Positions 1 through 10,262 of a stretch of DNA of 64,000 bases are shown one piece after another; positions within the stretch are counted from its first letter, which is position 1; each line of letters starts with the position of its first letter. A program made the translations under genes and the position numbers. Source of the stretch: Candidatus Delongbacteria bacterium (GTDB lineage Bacteria; CAIWAD01); contig OY760505.1 of assembly GCA_963663545.1 (NCBI GenBank), forward strand, positions 928,001 to 992,000. Reading direction: 5' to 3'. The notes beneath the pieces are model-generated. The model saw only the letters and a list, made by a program, of their open reading frames with translations, was not told where the DNA came from and searched no databases.

Positions 1-165
1 TGTGCCGTCCTTCCCGACAGCGCACCCTGTGTCCCCCCTCCTGAAAAGAGTGACTAGAAAGGACGAAAAGGAGACGTGAAAATGTGTGCGGTGTCTGTGC
101 GCGTGCTGTTCCAATTCCTATCTTGGACGCCGTTCTGTGTATCACAAATCAAACAAGGAATGGTC

Positions 166-351
166 ATGAAGTTCAAAGTTAATCCGAATGACTGCATCGG
201 GTGCGGTGCCTGCGAGGCTGAGTGTCCCGAAGTCTTCCAGTTGGATGATGATATTTCGACGGTCGTCGTGGACGATGTCCCGGAAGATCTGGTAGACAGC
301 GCCCTGGCCGCCGAGGAGAACTGTCCCGCCGACGCGATCTCCCACAAGTAG
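166..351 (+). CDS. Small single-cluster ferredoxin
   Basis: CIGCGACEAECP...CPADAI motif; AAGGA RBS before ATG 166. Confidence 0.9.
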   Translation: MKFKVNPNDCIGCGACEAECPEVFQLDDDISTVVVDDVPEDLVDSALAAEENCPADAISHK

Positions 352-395
352 AATTGCTGCAGCGGGACGCCGGCTTGTACGCCGTCCCGCTCCTC

Positions 396-1364
396 TCACA
401 CCGGAAGCCGCCCAAGGCAGCCCGCCTCGATTCTCCGCTTCATCAGCAGCTGCAAGAAGCTTTCATTGGCCGGGACCTTCATCCCTTTCCGCTCAGCCAT
501 TTCCACGATTGTAGAATGATAGTGCAGCGGTTCAAGTTCTTGTCCGCGCACAAGCGCCGTGTACACCGAGTTGTGAATCTGCGTGACGGACGGCTCTCCT
601 GATGTAGTACGAGCCTGGACCGGAAGCGCTTGTCGCTCGATCATCTCCTCCAGACTCAAATCCTGGCCATCGCAGGATCGTGCAAGAATGCCATGGGCCG
701 CCAGTGTATCACGCGCTTCGACCAGCAGATTTCGGCGGAACTCCCAGTAGGCGCTGCTCGCCTTCAGCTCTGTGGTCGCGAGCACATTGATGGCACTAAG
801 CAGATTGGTGCAAAGCTTCAGCCAAAGGTCCTGCCGGATCTCGGCAGAGAGTGCAGTGTTGAAGCCAGCATGCGTCAACTGCAAAATCGCCCGTGTTACG
901 CGCTCGTCATCAACTGTTGGATGCAATCCAAGTACTACACGACCTGCACCGCGGTGATACAAACAATTCTCCTGAAGCATGCAGGTCTGGCGCCAGACTC
1001 CGCCGAGCGCTGTCCCCCCAGCCGCTAGCGTTTCCACATTGCCTATTCCGTTCTGCAAGGATAGCGGAAGAGCTTCAGGAGCGTATTTGATGAGCAAGGA
1101 AGCGGCATTGGAAGTATCTGCTCTGCGCCAGCACACAGCGGCAATTCCGTCTTCGAGCCACTTCGTCGCTGACTTGATGCTGTCGCTCAGCGGAAGCTGT
1201 ATCACCTCTTCGTTGCCGGAGGAATCTACACATCTGATTCCCTTCGACAACAAAAAAAGCGCCGCAGATCTGCGACTGTAGACGAGTACAGGCACACCAG
1301 CAGTATGCAGGCGTGTCGCCAGGCGAAGCCCGACAGCACCGGCGCCAAGAATCAACCAACGCAT
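396..1364 (-). CDS. Ketopantoate reductase (PanE/ApbA) family protein
   Basis: N-terminal ILGAGAVG Rossmann motif, LQNGIG, LWLKLCTN; start could be 1373. Confidence 0.8.
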   Translation of the reverse strand: MRWLILGAGAVGLRLATRLHTAGVPVLVYSRRSAALFLLSKGIRCVDSSGNEEVIQLPLSDSIKSATKWLEDGIAAVCWRRADTSNAASLLIKYAPEALPLSLQNGIGNVETLAAGGTALGGVWRQTCMLQENCLYHRGAGRVVLGLHPTVDDERVTRAILQLTHAGFNTALSAEIRQDLWLKLCTNLLSAINVLATTELKASSAYWEFRRNLLVEARDTLAAHGILARSCDGQDLSLEEMIERQALPVQARTTSGEPSVTQIHNSVYTALVRGQELEPLHYHSTIVEMAERKGMKVPANESFLQLLMKRRIEAGCLGRLPV

Positions 1365-1377
1365 GTCATGCATGGAA

Positions 1378-2019
1378 TCACTCAAATTGTGCACGGAACT
1401 CTTCCAGCGTATCACGCAGCTGACGGACTTCCGCTTCCAGCGCCTCGACCCGGCTCAGCAGATCCGCCTGATCGCTTGGTGCTTGCTCTTCAGGAGCGTC
1501 TTCTGCGGACCTCAGGTTGGTTGCTGCTTCTTCGGTGAGCGTTTGACGCCATCGGGCTTCCTTCTGTCCCGGTTGTCTCTCCATTCGCTGCACCAGCAGC
1601 TCTTCGCGCTGACTGAGGCCAAGCAGCAGTTCTTCAACCTCAGCTGTTGATGCCATGGAAAACATGCGTGAGGCACGGCCCCGCAGCTCTCCAGGAGTCT
1701 GGGCACCACGCAGCAGCAGCTCAGAGATCAGGGCAGCTTCTCGTTCACCCAGCTCATAGCCTTGCCGCAGAAGCTGATCATACTTGCGTGCACGTTGTCC
1801 CGCTCCTTCAACATGTCTCACAAGCCCGCGACGCCAAAGGTGATCCAACGCATCCAACACTTCCTGCTCAACCAGTTCCAGCACTGGATCGCGGTTGGAC
1901 TTCTGGTTGCAAGCCGCCAGCAGGGAATTCAGCGTCAGCGGATAGTAATCGGGGGTGGTGGTCTTCTTCTCGTAGAGGCTGGCCAGTACACGAGCCTCCA
2001 CAGCACTCAACAATTCCAT
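1378..2019 (-). CDS. YceH/DUF480 family protein
   Basis: EARVLASLYEK.TTPDYYPLTLNSL..ACNQKSNRDP and LLLRGAQTPGELRGR signatures. Confidence 0.9.
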   Translation of the reverse strand: MELLSAVEARVLASLYEKKTTTPDYYPLTLNSLLAACNQKSNRDPVLELVEQEVLDALDHLWRRGLVRHVEGAGQRARKYDQLLRQGYELGEREAALISELLLRGAQTPGELRGRASRMFSMASTAEVEELLLGLSQREELLVQRMERQPGQKEARWRQTLTEEAATNLRSAEDAPEEQAPSDQADLLSRVEALEAEVRQLRDTLEEFRAQFE

Positions 2020-2028
2020 TCCAGACTC

Positions 2029-2670
2029 CTATTCAGGCAGAACGTGCAACAGCATGGCGAAGAAGTGACACACGCTCCCGCCAAGTACAAAGAGATGCCA
2101 GACGGGATGCGACCAGGGCAGCTTCTTCCAAGCGTAAAAGACAATGCCTCCCGTGTAGCACAGGCCGCCAACGCCTAACCACATCATACCCATGCCGCCC
2201 AAGGCGTGCAGCATGGGACGCAGGGCGATCAGCACCAACCACCCCATGCCCAGATAGGTCATCACGGACAGGATGCGCCAGCGGCCGATGAATAGCGTTT
2301 CCAGTAGAATGCCCACCAGCGCCAGTCCCCAAACGAGGCCGAAAAGCGTCCAGCCCCAGGGACCGCGCAATGAGACCAGCGTGAAGGGAGTATAGGTGCC
2401 AGCGATCAATAGATGAATAGCGGCATGATCCAGACGACGCATTACCGCGCGCACACGCGGGTAAGGTATGGCGTGATACAAGGTGGAGGCCAGATAGAGC
2501 AGCACCAGACTGGTGCCGTAGATACTGAAAGCCGTGATACGCCAGGGATCTCCCTGTCCGGCGGCCATCACGACCAGGATCACCAGTCCTGCCACACCCA
2601 GCAAGGCACCGATGCCGTGACTCACGCTACTGGCAATTTCTTCGCCTATCGTATAGTTCTTCGTTGTCAT
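2029..2670 (-). CDS. Hemolysin III / PAQR family membrane protein
   Basis: EEIA.SVSHG, STLYH, RRLDHAAI.LLIAGTYTP, H.VWHLFV; ATGA overlap with upstream gene. Confidence 0.92.
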   Translation of the reverse strand: MTTKNYTIGEEIASSVSHGIGALLGVAGLVILVVMAAGQGDPWRITAFSIYGTSLVLLYLASTLYHAIPYPRVRAVMRRLDHAAIHLLIAGTYTPFTLVSLRGPWGWTLFGLVWGLALVGILLETLFIGRWRILSVMTYLGMGWLVLIALRPMLHALGGMGMMWLGVGGLCYTGGIVFYAWKKLPWSHPVWHLFVLGGSVCHFFAMLLHVLPE

Positions 2671-3692
2671 GCGTTTCTCATCTGCTCCCATTCAGCCAAC
2701 AGTTTATCCTCGCGCACAGAGTCCAGTCCGGCGCGCCATTTCCACGACACTCCGCGCTCTTGCAGTGACCAGGCTTCACGCTCCTCGATGAAAGCTGCTG
2801 TATCACGAAGAGTCTCCGCCAGGGGTCGGAAGCGCAGGCCAGCTTCTATCGCTAAGCGGCAATTCACACGATTATGTCCAGCGTATCCCTCCTGCGGAAC
2901 CCATAGCGGCAACTCCATGTAGGGGGCTACTTCGCGCTCCAAAAGCCAGGTTTCCTCCGCCCAGACCGGTTCGATCTGCGTGCCCAGGGACTCGGCTCCT
3001 GCCCGCAGAAAGGAACCCATCGACAACGTGTCTTCAGGACCTGTGGCGTGATACACTCCGCCACACTGCCGTTCAAGCAGGTCCAGACACCACTCAGCCA
3101 AATCGCGACCATCGATGAACTGCACGGGGTCCTGCGGCTTTCCGGGTGCCAGCAGTCTGCCGCCTTGTTGCAGCCGGCGTATCCAATAACTGAAGCGATC
3201 GCTTGGATCACGGGGGCCGACAATCAGTCCGGGGCGCACAATCAGAGCACGTTCACCAAATGCCTGCAGCACTTCTTGCTCGCAAATGGCTTTGTAGGGA
3301 CCGTAGGTCTCGCCGGTAATCGTCTCTTCAGCGCCATCGGGGAGCTGCCCCAGCGGCGCATCTTCCGTGGCACCGACAGGAATGGGCTCGGCATACACGG
3401 AGATGGAGGAAACAAAAAGGTATCGTGACACACGCGATTTCAGCGTCTGCGCGCTCTGTCGCACAATGCGCGGAAAATACCCGCACGTATCTACAACGGC
3501 GTCCCAACAACTTTCGCCCAGTGCATCCAAGCCTCCGTCGCGGTTTCCGTGTATCACCTCGGCTCCCGTAGGCGCGTACCCAGGATTGGATTTCCCTCTG
3601 TGGAATAGGCTCACTTCGTGCCCACGCGCCAAGGCCAACTCAGCCATGTGCCGCCCCAGAAAAAGGCTACCGCCAAGAATCAGAATACGCAT
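2667..3692 (-). CDS. NAD-dependent epimerase/dehydratase (atypical SDR)
   Basis: MRILILGGS.FLG, FVSSISVY, YG..KA.CE, RPGLIVGP.D. Confidence 0.88.
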   Translation of the reverse strand: MRILILGGSLFLGRHMAELALARGHEVSLFHRGKSNPGYAPTGAEVIHGNRDGGLDALGESCWDAVVDTCGYFPRIVRQSAQTLKSRVSRYLFVSSISVYAEPIPVGATEDAPLGQLPDGAEETITGETYGPYKAICEQEVLQAFGERALIVRPGLIVGPRDPSDRFSYWIRRLQQGGRLLAPGKPQDPVQFIDGRDLAEWCLDLLERQCGGVYHATGPEDTLSMGSFLRAGAESLGTQIEPVWAEETWLLEREVAPYMELPLWVPQEGYAGHNRVNCRLAIEAGLRFRPLAETLRDTAAFIEEREAWSLQERGVSWKWRAGLDSVREDKLLAEWEQMRNA

Positions 3693-3694
3693 TG

Positions 3695-5497
3695 TCAGCT
3701 CCCATGCTTGTTGCTTGCTCTGCTTCCTTTTCCCTTTGGCCACCTCTGATTCTTTGACCTCGTCACGCTACCGCCTTGCCCGGGTTTGCGTCGCCCGGCT
3801 TCGCCTTCGGGCTTCATCACATCCTTCTGTCGTTGACGAGCAGCCCAGGACCGTTCAACGTAGATTTCACTTCCCGTCGCGGGATCGATACCTGTGTGAT
3901 ACATGGTGGCAGACCATGTTCCAGGCAATGGTGTGTAGATCTGTATTTCGTCTGGCAACAGGCCCAACTCACTTTTACACCAGTCGCGCAGTTCGCGGGC
4001 GTGATCCATTGTGCAAGCAGGGTGTGCGGCCATGAGGTAATACACCAGTCCGCGCTTGATCCGCAAAGCAGAAAGCCTTTTGCGAAAGAGTTGGTGAAAA
4101 CGCTCCACTAATTCCTTGCCGGGTTTCCCCATTGCCTGTAGCACGGCATGGCTGCAATGCTCAGGCGCCAGTCGCAGGCGACCTCCCGTGTGATGCAGCA
4201 GCAGTTCATCCAGGCATGTTGCGGGATCACGATCCGCCAGCAGCAGATCGTGACGCAGACCGGAGGCAACGCGCACCTGTTTTACGCCAGGCAGCTGTCG
4301 CAATTGACGAAGCAGCTCAATCCAAGGTTTGTGATTCACACCAAGCGAACTGCATGCTGCTGGAAACAAGCACCGTTTGTCGGCACAAGCTCCTTTGCGC
4401 ACTTTCAACGCACACTCGTAGCCGTACATGTTGGCGGTGGGACCGGAAAGGTCCTGTATCACACCCTTGAAATCCTTGCGCTTGCTCAGGACGCGCGCTT
4501 CACGTAGCAGACTGGCCGGACTGCGGAAATGCACGCGCCGTCCTTCGTGAGCGGCTACCGCGCAGAAGTTGCATTCGCCATAGCAACCCCGATGGCTGAC
4601 CAGTGAATGTCGGATGGTCTCAATGGCGCGCACCTCTCCCTGTGCTGCATCACGCGGATGCACCTCGCGCGTGAAGGGCAGTTCGTGAATGCGATCCAGC
4701 TCAGCCTGCTCGGGGACCTGCGGAGGTGGATTCTGCACCAGCCAGCGCGTGTCCTGTCGCTGTGCCAGACGACGTCCGCGAACGGGATCGCAGTTCTCGT
4801 ACCAGCTACGAAAGGCTCGCAGATAGGCCTGTTTGTCCACGCGCACTTCCTCGTATGAGGGCAACTCAAGTGCATCAGCGGGCAGCTCCGTCGACAGGGT
4901 ACACAAACCGCGAATTGTGCTTGTATCACAAGCATCTCGCAGCGATGCTGCCAACTCCAGGACACTGCCCTCAGCCATGCCATAGAGCAGGAAATCGGCG
5001 CGCGCGTCCACCAGCAGACTACGACGTACTTTGTCACTCCAGTAGTCGTAATGCGCGACACGCCGCAGACTAGCCTCAAGCCCACCCAACACGATCGGTA
5101 CACCGGCTTTCGTGTGACGCCGGATCAAATTGGCGTAGATCAAACTGGCTCGATCGGGACGCCGCTCATTGCGCCCGCCGGGCGTGTAATCGTCGCTGCG
5201 TCGCGGTTTGCCTTGGGCCGTGCGATTGGCCACCATGCTATCCAAACAGCCAGCGGTGATCCCCCAGAAGAGTCGCGGTTCGCCCAGTCGCAAGATGTCC
5301 GTGTCACTGTTCACATCGGGTTGCGCAATCACACCAACCCGATATCCAGCGGCCTCGAGCACGCGAGCAATGACGGCTACTCCTACCTGTGGAGAATCGA
5401 TGAAAGCGTCGCCGGTCACCAGAATCACATCCAGACGATCCCAGTTGCGAGCTTTCAGCTCTGCGCCATCAACGGGTGGAAACCGGAATTGTGTCAC
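3695..5497 (-). CDS. YgiQ/UPF0313 family radical SAM protein
   Basis: VILVTGDAFID, HRGCYGECNFCA (CxxxCxxC), GPTANMY; GTG start overlapping upstream TGA. Confidence 0.9.
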   Translation of the reverse strand: MTQFRFPPVDGAELKARNWDRLDVILVTGDAFIDSPQVGVAVIARVLEAAGYRVGVIAQPDVNSDTDILRLGEPRLFWGITAGCLDSMVANRTAQGKPRRSDDYTPGGRNERRPDRASLIYANLIRRHTKAGVPIVLGGLEASLRRVAHYDYWSDKVRRSLLVDARADFLLYGMAEGSVLELAASLRDACDTSTIRGLCTLSTELPADALELPSYEEVRVDKQAYLRAFRSWYENCDPVRGRRLAQRQDTRWLVQNPPPQVPEQAELDRIHELPFTREVHPRDAAQGEVRAIETIRHSLVSHRGCYGECNFCAVAAHEGRRVHFRSPASLLREARVLSKRKDFKGVIQDLSGPTANMYGYECALKVRKGACADKRCLFPAACSSLGVNHKPWIELLRQLRQLPGVKQVRVASGLRHDLLLADRDPATCLDELLLHHTGGRLRLAPEHCSHAVLQAMGKPGKELVERFHQLFRKRLSALRIKRGLVYYLMAAHPACTMDHARELRDWCKSELGLLPDEIQIYTPLPGTWSATMYHTGIDPATGSEIYVERSWAARQRQKDVMKPEGEAGRRKPGQGGSVTRSKNQRWPKGKGSRASNKHGS

Positions 5498-5856
5498 ACT
5501 GCACCTTCGCTGCATTCGCGCTGCTGGCGTTTGGAAAGGCTTGAGAAGATCAACTCGTGGCTATGCGTCACCAACTCGCGAACCAGGTCATCCGGCAGCG
5601 GCTGCTCAAGATCCAGCGTGTTCCAGTGTTCCTTGTTGAGATGATAGCCCGGTGTGATGGCGGCAAACTGACCGCGCAGCAATTGAGCACGTTCAGGATT
5701 GCACTTCAACGATAGGCGAAAGCCCTGAGTCGGCTCCGTAAGCAGCGCAAAGATTTTACCGCCGCATTTGTAGACGAGCACATCCGGTCCGAAGGGACAA
5801 CACTCTTCCGCCGCCAGGCACTCCATCAGCATAGTGCGCACTTCTGTGTGTGTCAC
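5494..5856 (-). CDS. MmcQ/YjbR family DNA-binding protein
   Basis: PFGPDVLVYK.GGKIFA, LKC.P, PGYHLNK.HWNT; AGGAGG RBS before GTG 5856. Confidence 0.9.
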   Translation of the reverse strand: MTHTEVRTMLMECLAAEECCPFGPDVLVYKCGGKIFALLTEPTQGFRLSLKCNPERAQLLRGQFAAITPGYHLNKEHWNTLDLEQPLPDDLVRELVTHSHELIFSSLSKRQQRECSEGAV

Positions 5857-6674
5857 TTTGCAACCTCCTTGACGGCACACAGGGAGAACATCAACGGCAG
5901 TCCTCCCTTGGGTTCGGGTGACACATACATGCCATCGTCCCGTCTCACCAGAAAGCCATGGGAACGGTAGGGCAGGTAGTTATGCTCATGAAAGAAGACC
6001 AGACGGAGGCCGGCGTCCAGCACAGCCTGTATCACATCGGCAAGGCCGAATTCCCACTCGTAGCTGGTGCCGCTTACTTCGGCGTTAGCATCGGCGTAAC
6101 TTCCCTCAACGGGGTAGATACTTGGCTCCTGCTGACGAAAGTATGGATTGGCCAATGCAGCGGGAAGAGACTTTGTGTCCATATCCAACATGGTTGCGGC
6201 GGGATGAAACTCGCGCAAGTAGAGCCTTCCGCCGGGTTTGATGCAGGCGGTCAGATTTCGTGCCCATGCTTTCAAATCGTGCAACCAGCATAACACGCCG
6301 GCGCTGGTGAACACCAGATCAAAGCGCCCATGCAGTGTGGTTGGCAATTCCAAGACGTTGGCCTCGATGAACTCGGCTTGCAGATTTGTATCACAGCTCA
6401 GTTGTCTGGCAAAAGCAATGGCACGCGGAGAAAAGTCAAGGCCTGTGACACGTGCTCCGCGTCTGGCCCAGGAAAGGGTATCCATGCCGAAATGACACTG
6501 GGTGTGAAGCAGCTCCAAGCCCTGCACCGGACCGACTTCTTCTACTTCGACAGGCAGAAGTGAACACGAACCGGCCAGGAAAGCGGCTAGATCGTAGAAC
6601 TCGCTGTTGACGTGGATGTCCGTCCAGGCGTCCCAAAGTGCCCGATTGGCGTGCAAGCCCTCACCTACGCTCAT
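5853..6674 (-). CDS. Class I SAM-dependent methyltransferase
   Basis: LLH.QCHFG.DTLSWARRGA.VTGLDFS, FDLVFTS.GVL.WL. Confidence 0.88.
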   Translation of the reverse strand: MSVGEGLHANRALWDAWTDIHVNSEFYDLAAFLAGSCSLLPVEVEEVGPVQGLELLHTQCHFGMDTLSWARRGARVTGLDFSPRAIAFARQLSCDTNLQAEFIEANVLELPTTLHGRFDLVFTSAGVLCWLHDLKAWARNLTACIKPGGRLYLREFHPAATMLDMDTKSLPAALANPYFRQQEPSIYPVEGSYADANAEVSGTSYEWEFGLADVIQAVLDAGLRLVFFHEHNYLPYRSHGFLVRRDDGMYVSPEPKGGLPLMFSLCAVKEVAK

Positions 6675-7660
6675 TCTTCATTCTCCCCGGAAAAGAGCAT
6701 CTCAAAATCCGCCCACAATGGATCACGCCTGCTGATGCTTGACATCGTCTCCGTGACACGCTCAAGCACCATCGGATCGGCACGCAGGGTTGCAAGTGCT
6801 TCCAATGTTTCAAGTGCCGTAGGGCCGCCACCCAGCAGAAGACCACAGAGCAGGCTCATGGCCTCATCGTGTCTCAGTAGAGCGAGCGCGGTCAGTAAAG
6901 GACGCCGTTCGTCCGGCAGCATCGCCTCCTGCCATAGTTCTCGCAGAAGCGGCCATGCCGCAGGCAAGCGGCTTGCCCCCAGAGCGAGCACCAAAGACTC
7001 GCGAAGCAAGTCATCTTGACCGGCAGCTTTTAGTAGGCGTTTGAGGGCAGGTAGTGCCAACTCTGCATCTAGTGCAAGCAGGGCGGCAGCGCATTCGCCT
7101 ACCACCTCGGGCACAACATCTCCGCTCTTGAGCTTGTGATACAAAAGTGCGCGGGCGCCTTCGCTGTCATGGCGACTCAACTGCCTAGCGGCACCGGCAC
7201 GCGCACTCGCTTCGTGATCCGCCAGCAATCCACCTAACTCTACCAGCGCCGACATATTGCCATCCAGCAAGGCGGAAGCCGCCTGCACGCGAACTTCTGC
7301 GGCGGTATCCACACTTCCGCCCCAGACGGGCTCCCATTGTTCGTAACACACAGCCATGCGCAAGAGATCTTCGTCGTACCAACTCAGCTCTTCCAGCGCC
7401 GCAAGAATTGCTGACAGCGCCTTGCAGCCAGGATCACGCTTGCGCCCGAATTTCATGCAGGTTTCTGCCGCCTGAACCAGCTGCGGAATCAGTGTCTCCA
7501 GGTCGTGCTCTCCCACTAAAACAGCAGCACCAGCGATCACCGTACCGCTGGTTGCTTTCAGCAGGCGGGTGCACTCCTGTACTACACGATCATCGCCCAT
7601 TGGCAGTTGCCGCAGTTCCTTCAGCAGATCCAGCTGCTGTTGCGTGGTCTCGCGTGCCAT
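6671..7660 (-). CDS. HEAT-repeat protein
   Basis: Repeated VR..AA.AL and LL.ALALLR helical units; ATGA-coupled to next gene. Confidence 0.7.
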   Translation of the reverse strand: MARETTQQQLDLLKELRQLPMGDDRVVQECTRLLKATSGTVIAGAAVLVGEHDLETLIPQLVQAAETCMKFGRKRDPGCKALSAILAALEELSWYDEDLLRMAVCYEQWEPVWGGSVDTAAEVRVQAASALLDGNMSALVELGGLLADHEASARAGAARQLSRHDSEGARALLYHKLKSGDVVPEVVGECAAALLALDAELALPALKRLLKAAGQDDLLRESLVLALGASRLPAAWPLLRELWQEAMLPDERRPLLTALALLRHDEAMSLLCGLLLGGGPTALETLEALATLRADPMVLERVTETMSSISRRDPLWADFEMLFSGENEE

Positions 7661-7661
7661 C

Positions 7662-8399
7662 CTACTTGCGTCCTATGGCCAGCAGAGCGCAAGGAAACTC
7701 TACACCGACAGTGTGCAATCGCGTGCGCAGTTCTTCTCCCTGCGCTGCGAGCTCCTGCAGCTCATCGTGCTCAGCAATACGCTTCAGATACTGGTCAAGG
7801 CCCTGTTCCATGCGGGCGATTAGTTCGGAATTGTGCGGATCACAAGGCGGCGCGTCGTGCTCCAGGATCTCCATGGAATTGCAAGGGAGATCACGCAAGA
7901 AGGATTCCAGTGCTGCTCGCGTCCACGTGGGATTGTGTATCACGCCCAGGGCGGTGTCCACGCGTCCCCACCAGTGATGCAGCAGCACCTGGGTTTGCTG
8001 TGTATCACGCAGCTGGTCCGCATACATTTCCAGCACAATCAGATGTCCGCCCGGTTTGAGCACGCGTAGGGCTTCCAGCAGAACAGGTCGCGCCTCCTCC
8101 AGGTGATGCAGCGAACAGGAAATGCCCACCGTGTCGAAACTCTCATCGGGAAAATCGAGGTGCAGAATATCCATTTCCATGAATCGAACCCGGGGATCGC
8201 CTATGCTACGCTCAGCGGCAGCCAAGGCCGGCGTGCTGTGATCCACCGCGATGATCTCGTCAATTTCGGCAAGAGCACTCAAGAGCGTTGCTACGAACTG
8301 ACCCGCGCCCGTGGCCAGGTCAAGCACGCGTCCACCGTGAATATTCCCTAGTGGATTGGAATCCTGCACGATCTCCTCCTCAGTTGTTTCCGGTGACAC
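7662..8399 (-). CDS. Class I SAM-dependent methyltransferase (Methyltransf_11/31-like)
   Basis: VLDLATGAG, FPDESFDTV, LHHL, RVLKPGG. Confidence 0.88.
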   Translation of the reverse strand: MSPETTEEEIVQDSNPLGNIHGGRVLDLATGAGQFVATLLSALAEIDEIIAVDHSTPALAAAERSIGDPRVRFMEMDILHLDFPDESFDTVGISCSLHHLEEARPVLLEALRVLKPGGHLIVLEMYADQLRDTQQTQVLLHHWWGRVDTALGVIHNPTWTRAALESFLRDLPCNSMEILEHDAPPCDPHNSELIARMEQGLDQYLKRIAEHDELQELAAQGEELRTRLHTVGVEFPCALLAIGRK

Positions 8400-8633
8400 G
8401 ATTTCACCCTACGCCAGCGGTTTGGATTGCACATCTGTCGCGGCCACTGGGCAAAATCTTCTGTGTTGCCCTGCCTTGAATATTGCGAAGTTGTGCCGCG
8501 AGTCACACTCCCATCGTGGCAGCAAAAGCCTTCTGACGGCTCCAGAAGCGCTCTGCGATGGCGGTATCTGAGTCTTCCGGAGTGGCCCCGTGCCGAGGTT
8601 CCGGCCGACTCTCAGCTAATGCGGAGAGATCCG

Positions 8634-10202
8634 ATGCAGTTCAACGGACGCGAGTACAAAGCTTTCGCAGGTGCTTTCAACACACCTGAGTATACCAGCA
8701 CCCTGGTGGCCCGACGCGGTGCCGCCCCCATTCCCCACCGTGGCAACAAGGTCACGACCCTGGACGCAGTCATGGAACTGATCCAGGATGGTGATACAAT
8801 CAGCTACCCGCACTATTATCGCACCGGCGATCAGGGTCTGCAGATGGTGGTGGACACTCTGCGCCGTCACGGTAAGCGCGGCATCATTCTTTACGGCAAT
8901 GCCTTCTTCGACAACGCGGACCCCTGGCTGATCGACGCTTTCGCCGACGGTACGCTGGCCGGCTTGTATGGCAACCCCTACCGCATGGTGGGTGGACGCA
9001 TTCTGAAGGGTGAGATTCGCCCCTGGGTCAGCGTTGGCGTGAGTCACGGCAATCGCGTCCGCAAGCTGCAAACGGGCGAAGTGCACGTCAAGATGGCCTT
9101 CGGTCCGGTCCCGATGGCCGACCGCTACGGCAACGCCAGTGGTTGCATGGGCAAGCCGGAACACTACTGCGGACCTCTGGGCCTCTTCGTCGCCGACACC
9201 GAATACGCCGACTACACCTGTCTGCTGGCGGGTACGGTGAGCGACAAAACCCTCGGTCCGGCAAGTCTTTCGATGGAGAATGTGGACTTTGTGGTGCCGA
9301 TGGAGACGCCGGGACTGGCCGAGGCCATTGGCAGTGGCACGCTGGATCTGGAGCGCATTCGCGCCAACAAGTTCAACTCGGTTGTTGCCGCCAATGTAAC
9401 ACGCGTGATGCAGGCGGCGGATGTGATACAGCCTGATGTCAACTTCCAGGTAGGCTCGGGCGCAGGTCTGATTGTGCTGGACAACATCCGCACCATGCTG
9501 CGCGAGCGGAGTATTTGCGCCAACTTCTCCATCGGTGGCATCACCAGTCTGCACCAGGATATGTTCGACGAGGGTCTGGTGAAGATTCTGATGCACGGCC
9601 AGCTCTTCGAGCCCAGCGAGCGCGTGGTTAAAAGCCTGCTGAACGACGCGCGTCATATCGACATTCCCACGGGCTACTACGCCAGTGTGGCGGTCAAGGA
9701 TTGCCTGGTGAATCAGCTGGACGTGGCGGTGCTTTCCGCGCTGGAAATCGATCGCGAGTTCAACGTAAATACGGTGTGTGCCAACGGCCGCATCATCGGC
9801 GGTATCGGCGGCGGTCAGGATGTGGCTGCAGGCGCCGAGCTGACCATAATGTTCCTGCCGCTGGCCACGGGCAAGGATGGCAAGGGCTTCCCGAAGGTGG
9901 TGGACAAGGTCTACACGCGGACTACACCGGGTGAGGTTGTCGACGTCGTCGTTACCGAAGAGTACGCGGCACTCAATCCCGCCAGCAAGAGCAGCTACCG
10001 CCAGGCGATTACGGACAACGCCGCCAAGGCCGGACTGACGCTGATCAGCATGGACGAGCTGCACGAGAAGTCCATGGCCAAGGCCGCCGAGTTCGGCACG
10101 CTGCCGGTGAAGCAGGAGACCACCGACGAGGTGCTGCACCTGATCGAGTGGCGCGACGGCACGGTGCTGGACACCATCAATGCGCCGGTACCCAGAAAGT
10201 AG
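8634..10202 (+). CDS. citF: Citrate lyase alpha subunit (CitF)-like CoA-transferase
   Basis: DGDTISYPHYYRTGD, SHGNR, D.YGNA.G...CGPLG, FQVGSG, LSALEID.EFNVN, GG.QD.AAGA, TTPGE.VDVVVTE; GGAGA RBS. Confidence 0.8.
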   Translation: MQFNGREYKAFAGAFNTPEYTSTLVARRGAAPIPHRGNKVTTLDAVMELIQDGDTISYPHYYRTGDQGLQMVVDTLRRHGKRGIILYGNAFFDNADPWLIDAFADGTLAGLYGNPYRMVGGRILKGEIRPWVSVGVSHGNRVRKLQTGEVHVKMAFGPVPMADRYGNASGCMGKPEHYCGPLGLFVADTEYADYTCLLAGTVSDKTLGPASLSMENVDFVVPMETPGLAEAIGSGTLDLERIRANKFNSVVAANVTRVMQAADVIQPDVNFQVGSGAGLIVLDNIRTMLRERSICANFSIGGITSLHQDMFDEGLVKILMHGQLFEPSERVVKSLLNDARHIDIPTGYYASVAVKDCLVNQLDVAVLSALEIDREFNVNTVCANGRIIGGIGGGQDVAAGAELTIMFLPLATGKDGKGFPKVVDKVYTRTTPGEVVDVVVTEEYAALNPASKSSYRQAITDNAAKAGLTLISMDELHEKSMAKAAEFGTLPVKQETTDEVLHLIEWRDGTVLDTINAPVPRK

Positions 10203-10224
10203 CTGCGTGATACATCATGAACTC

Positions 10225-10262
10225 AAGCGGCGGTTGCAGCGATGTGATCGCCGCTTCTCTTT
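10225..10262 (+). terminator. Probable intrinsic terminator of the citF-like gene
   Basis: AAGCGGCGGTTGCA-gcga-TGTGATCGCCGCTT hairpin followed by pyrimidine/T run. Confidence 0.6.

Noticed and set aside
1409..1415. Motif at the ORF-track start of the ketopantoate reductase
   Set aside because: That GTG lies inside the DUF480 gene; the likely start is 1364 or 1373, so it was not counted as a junction site.
5853..8399. The two SAM methyltransferases as the cognate DNA methylase for the iterated motif
   Set aside because: Neither shows DPPY/NPPY or the C5-methyltransferase PC/ENV motif set; both look like small-molecule class I enzymes.
8616..10139. Long antisense ORF opposite citF (likewise 10441-11757, 15932-17302, 18014-19267, 25468-26517, 38479-39474, 39680-40597, 58677-60275)
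   Set aside because: Shadow frames of GC3-biased real genes on the other strand; no recognisable motifs.
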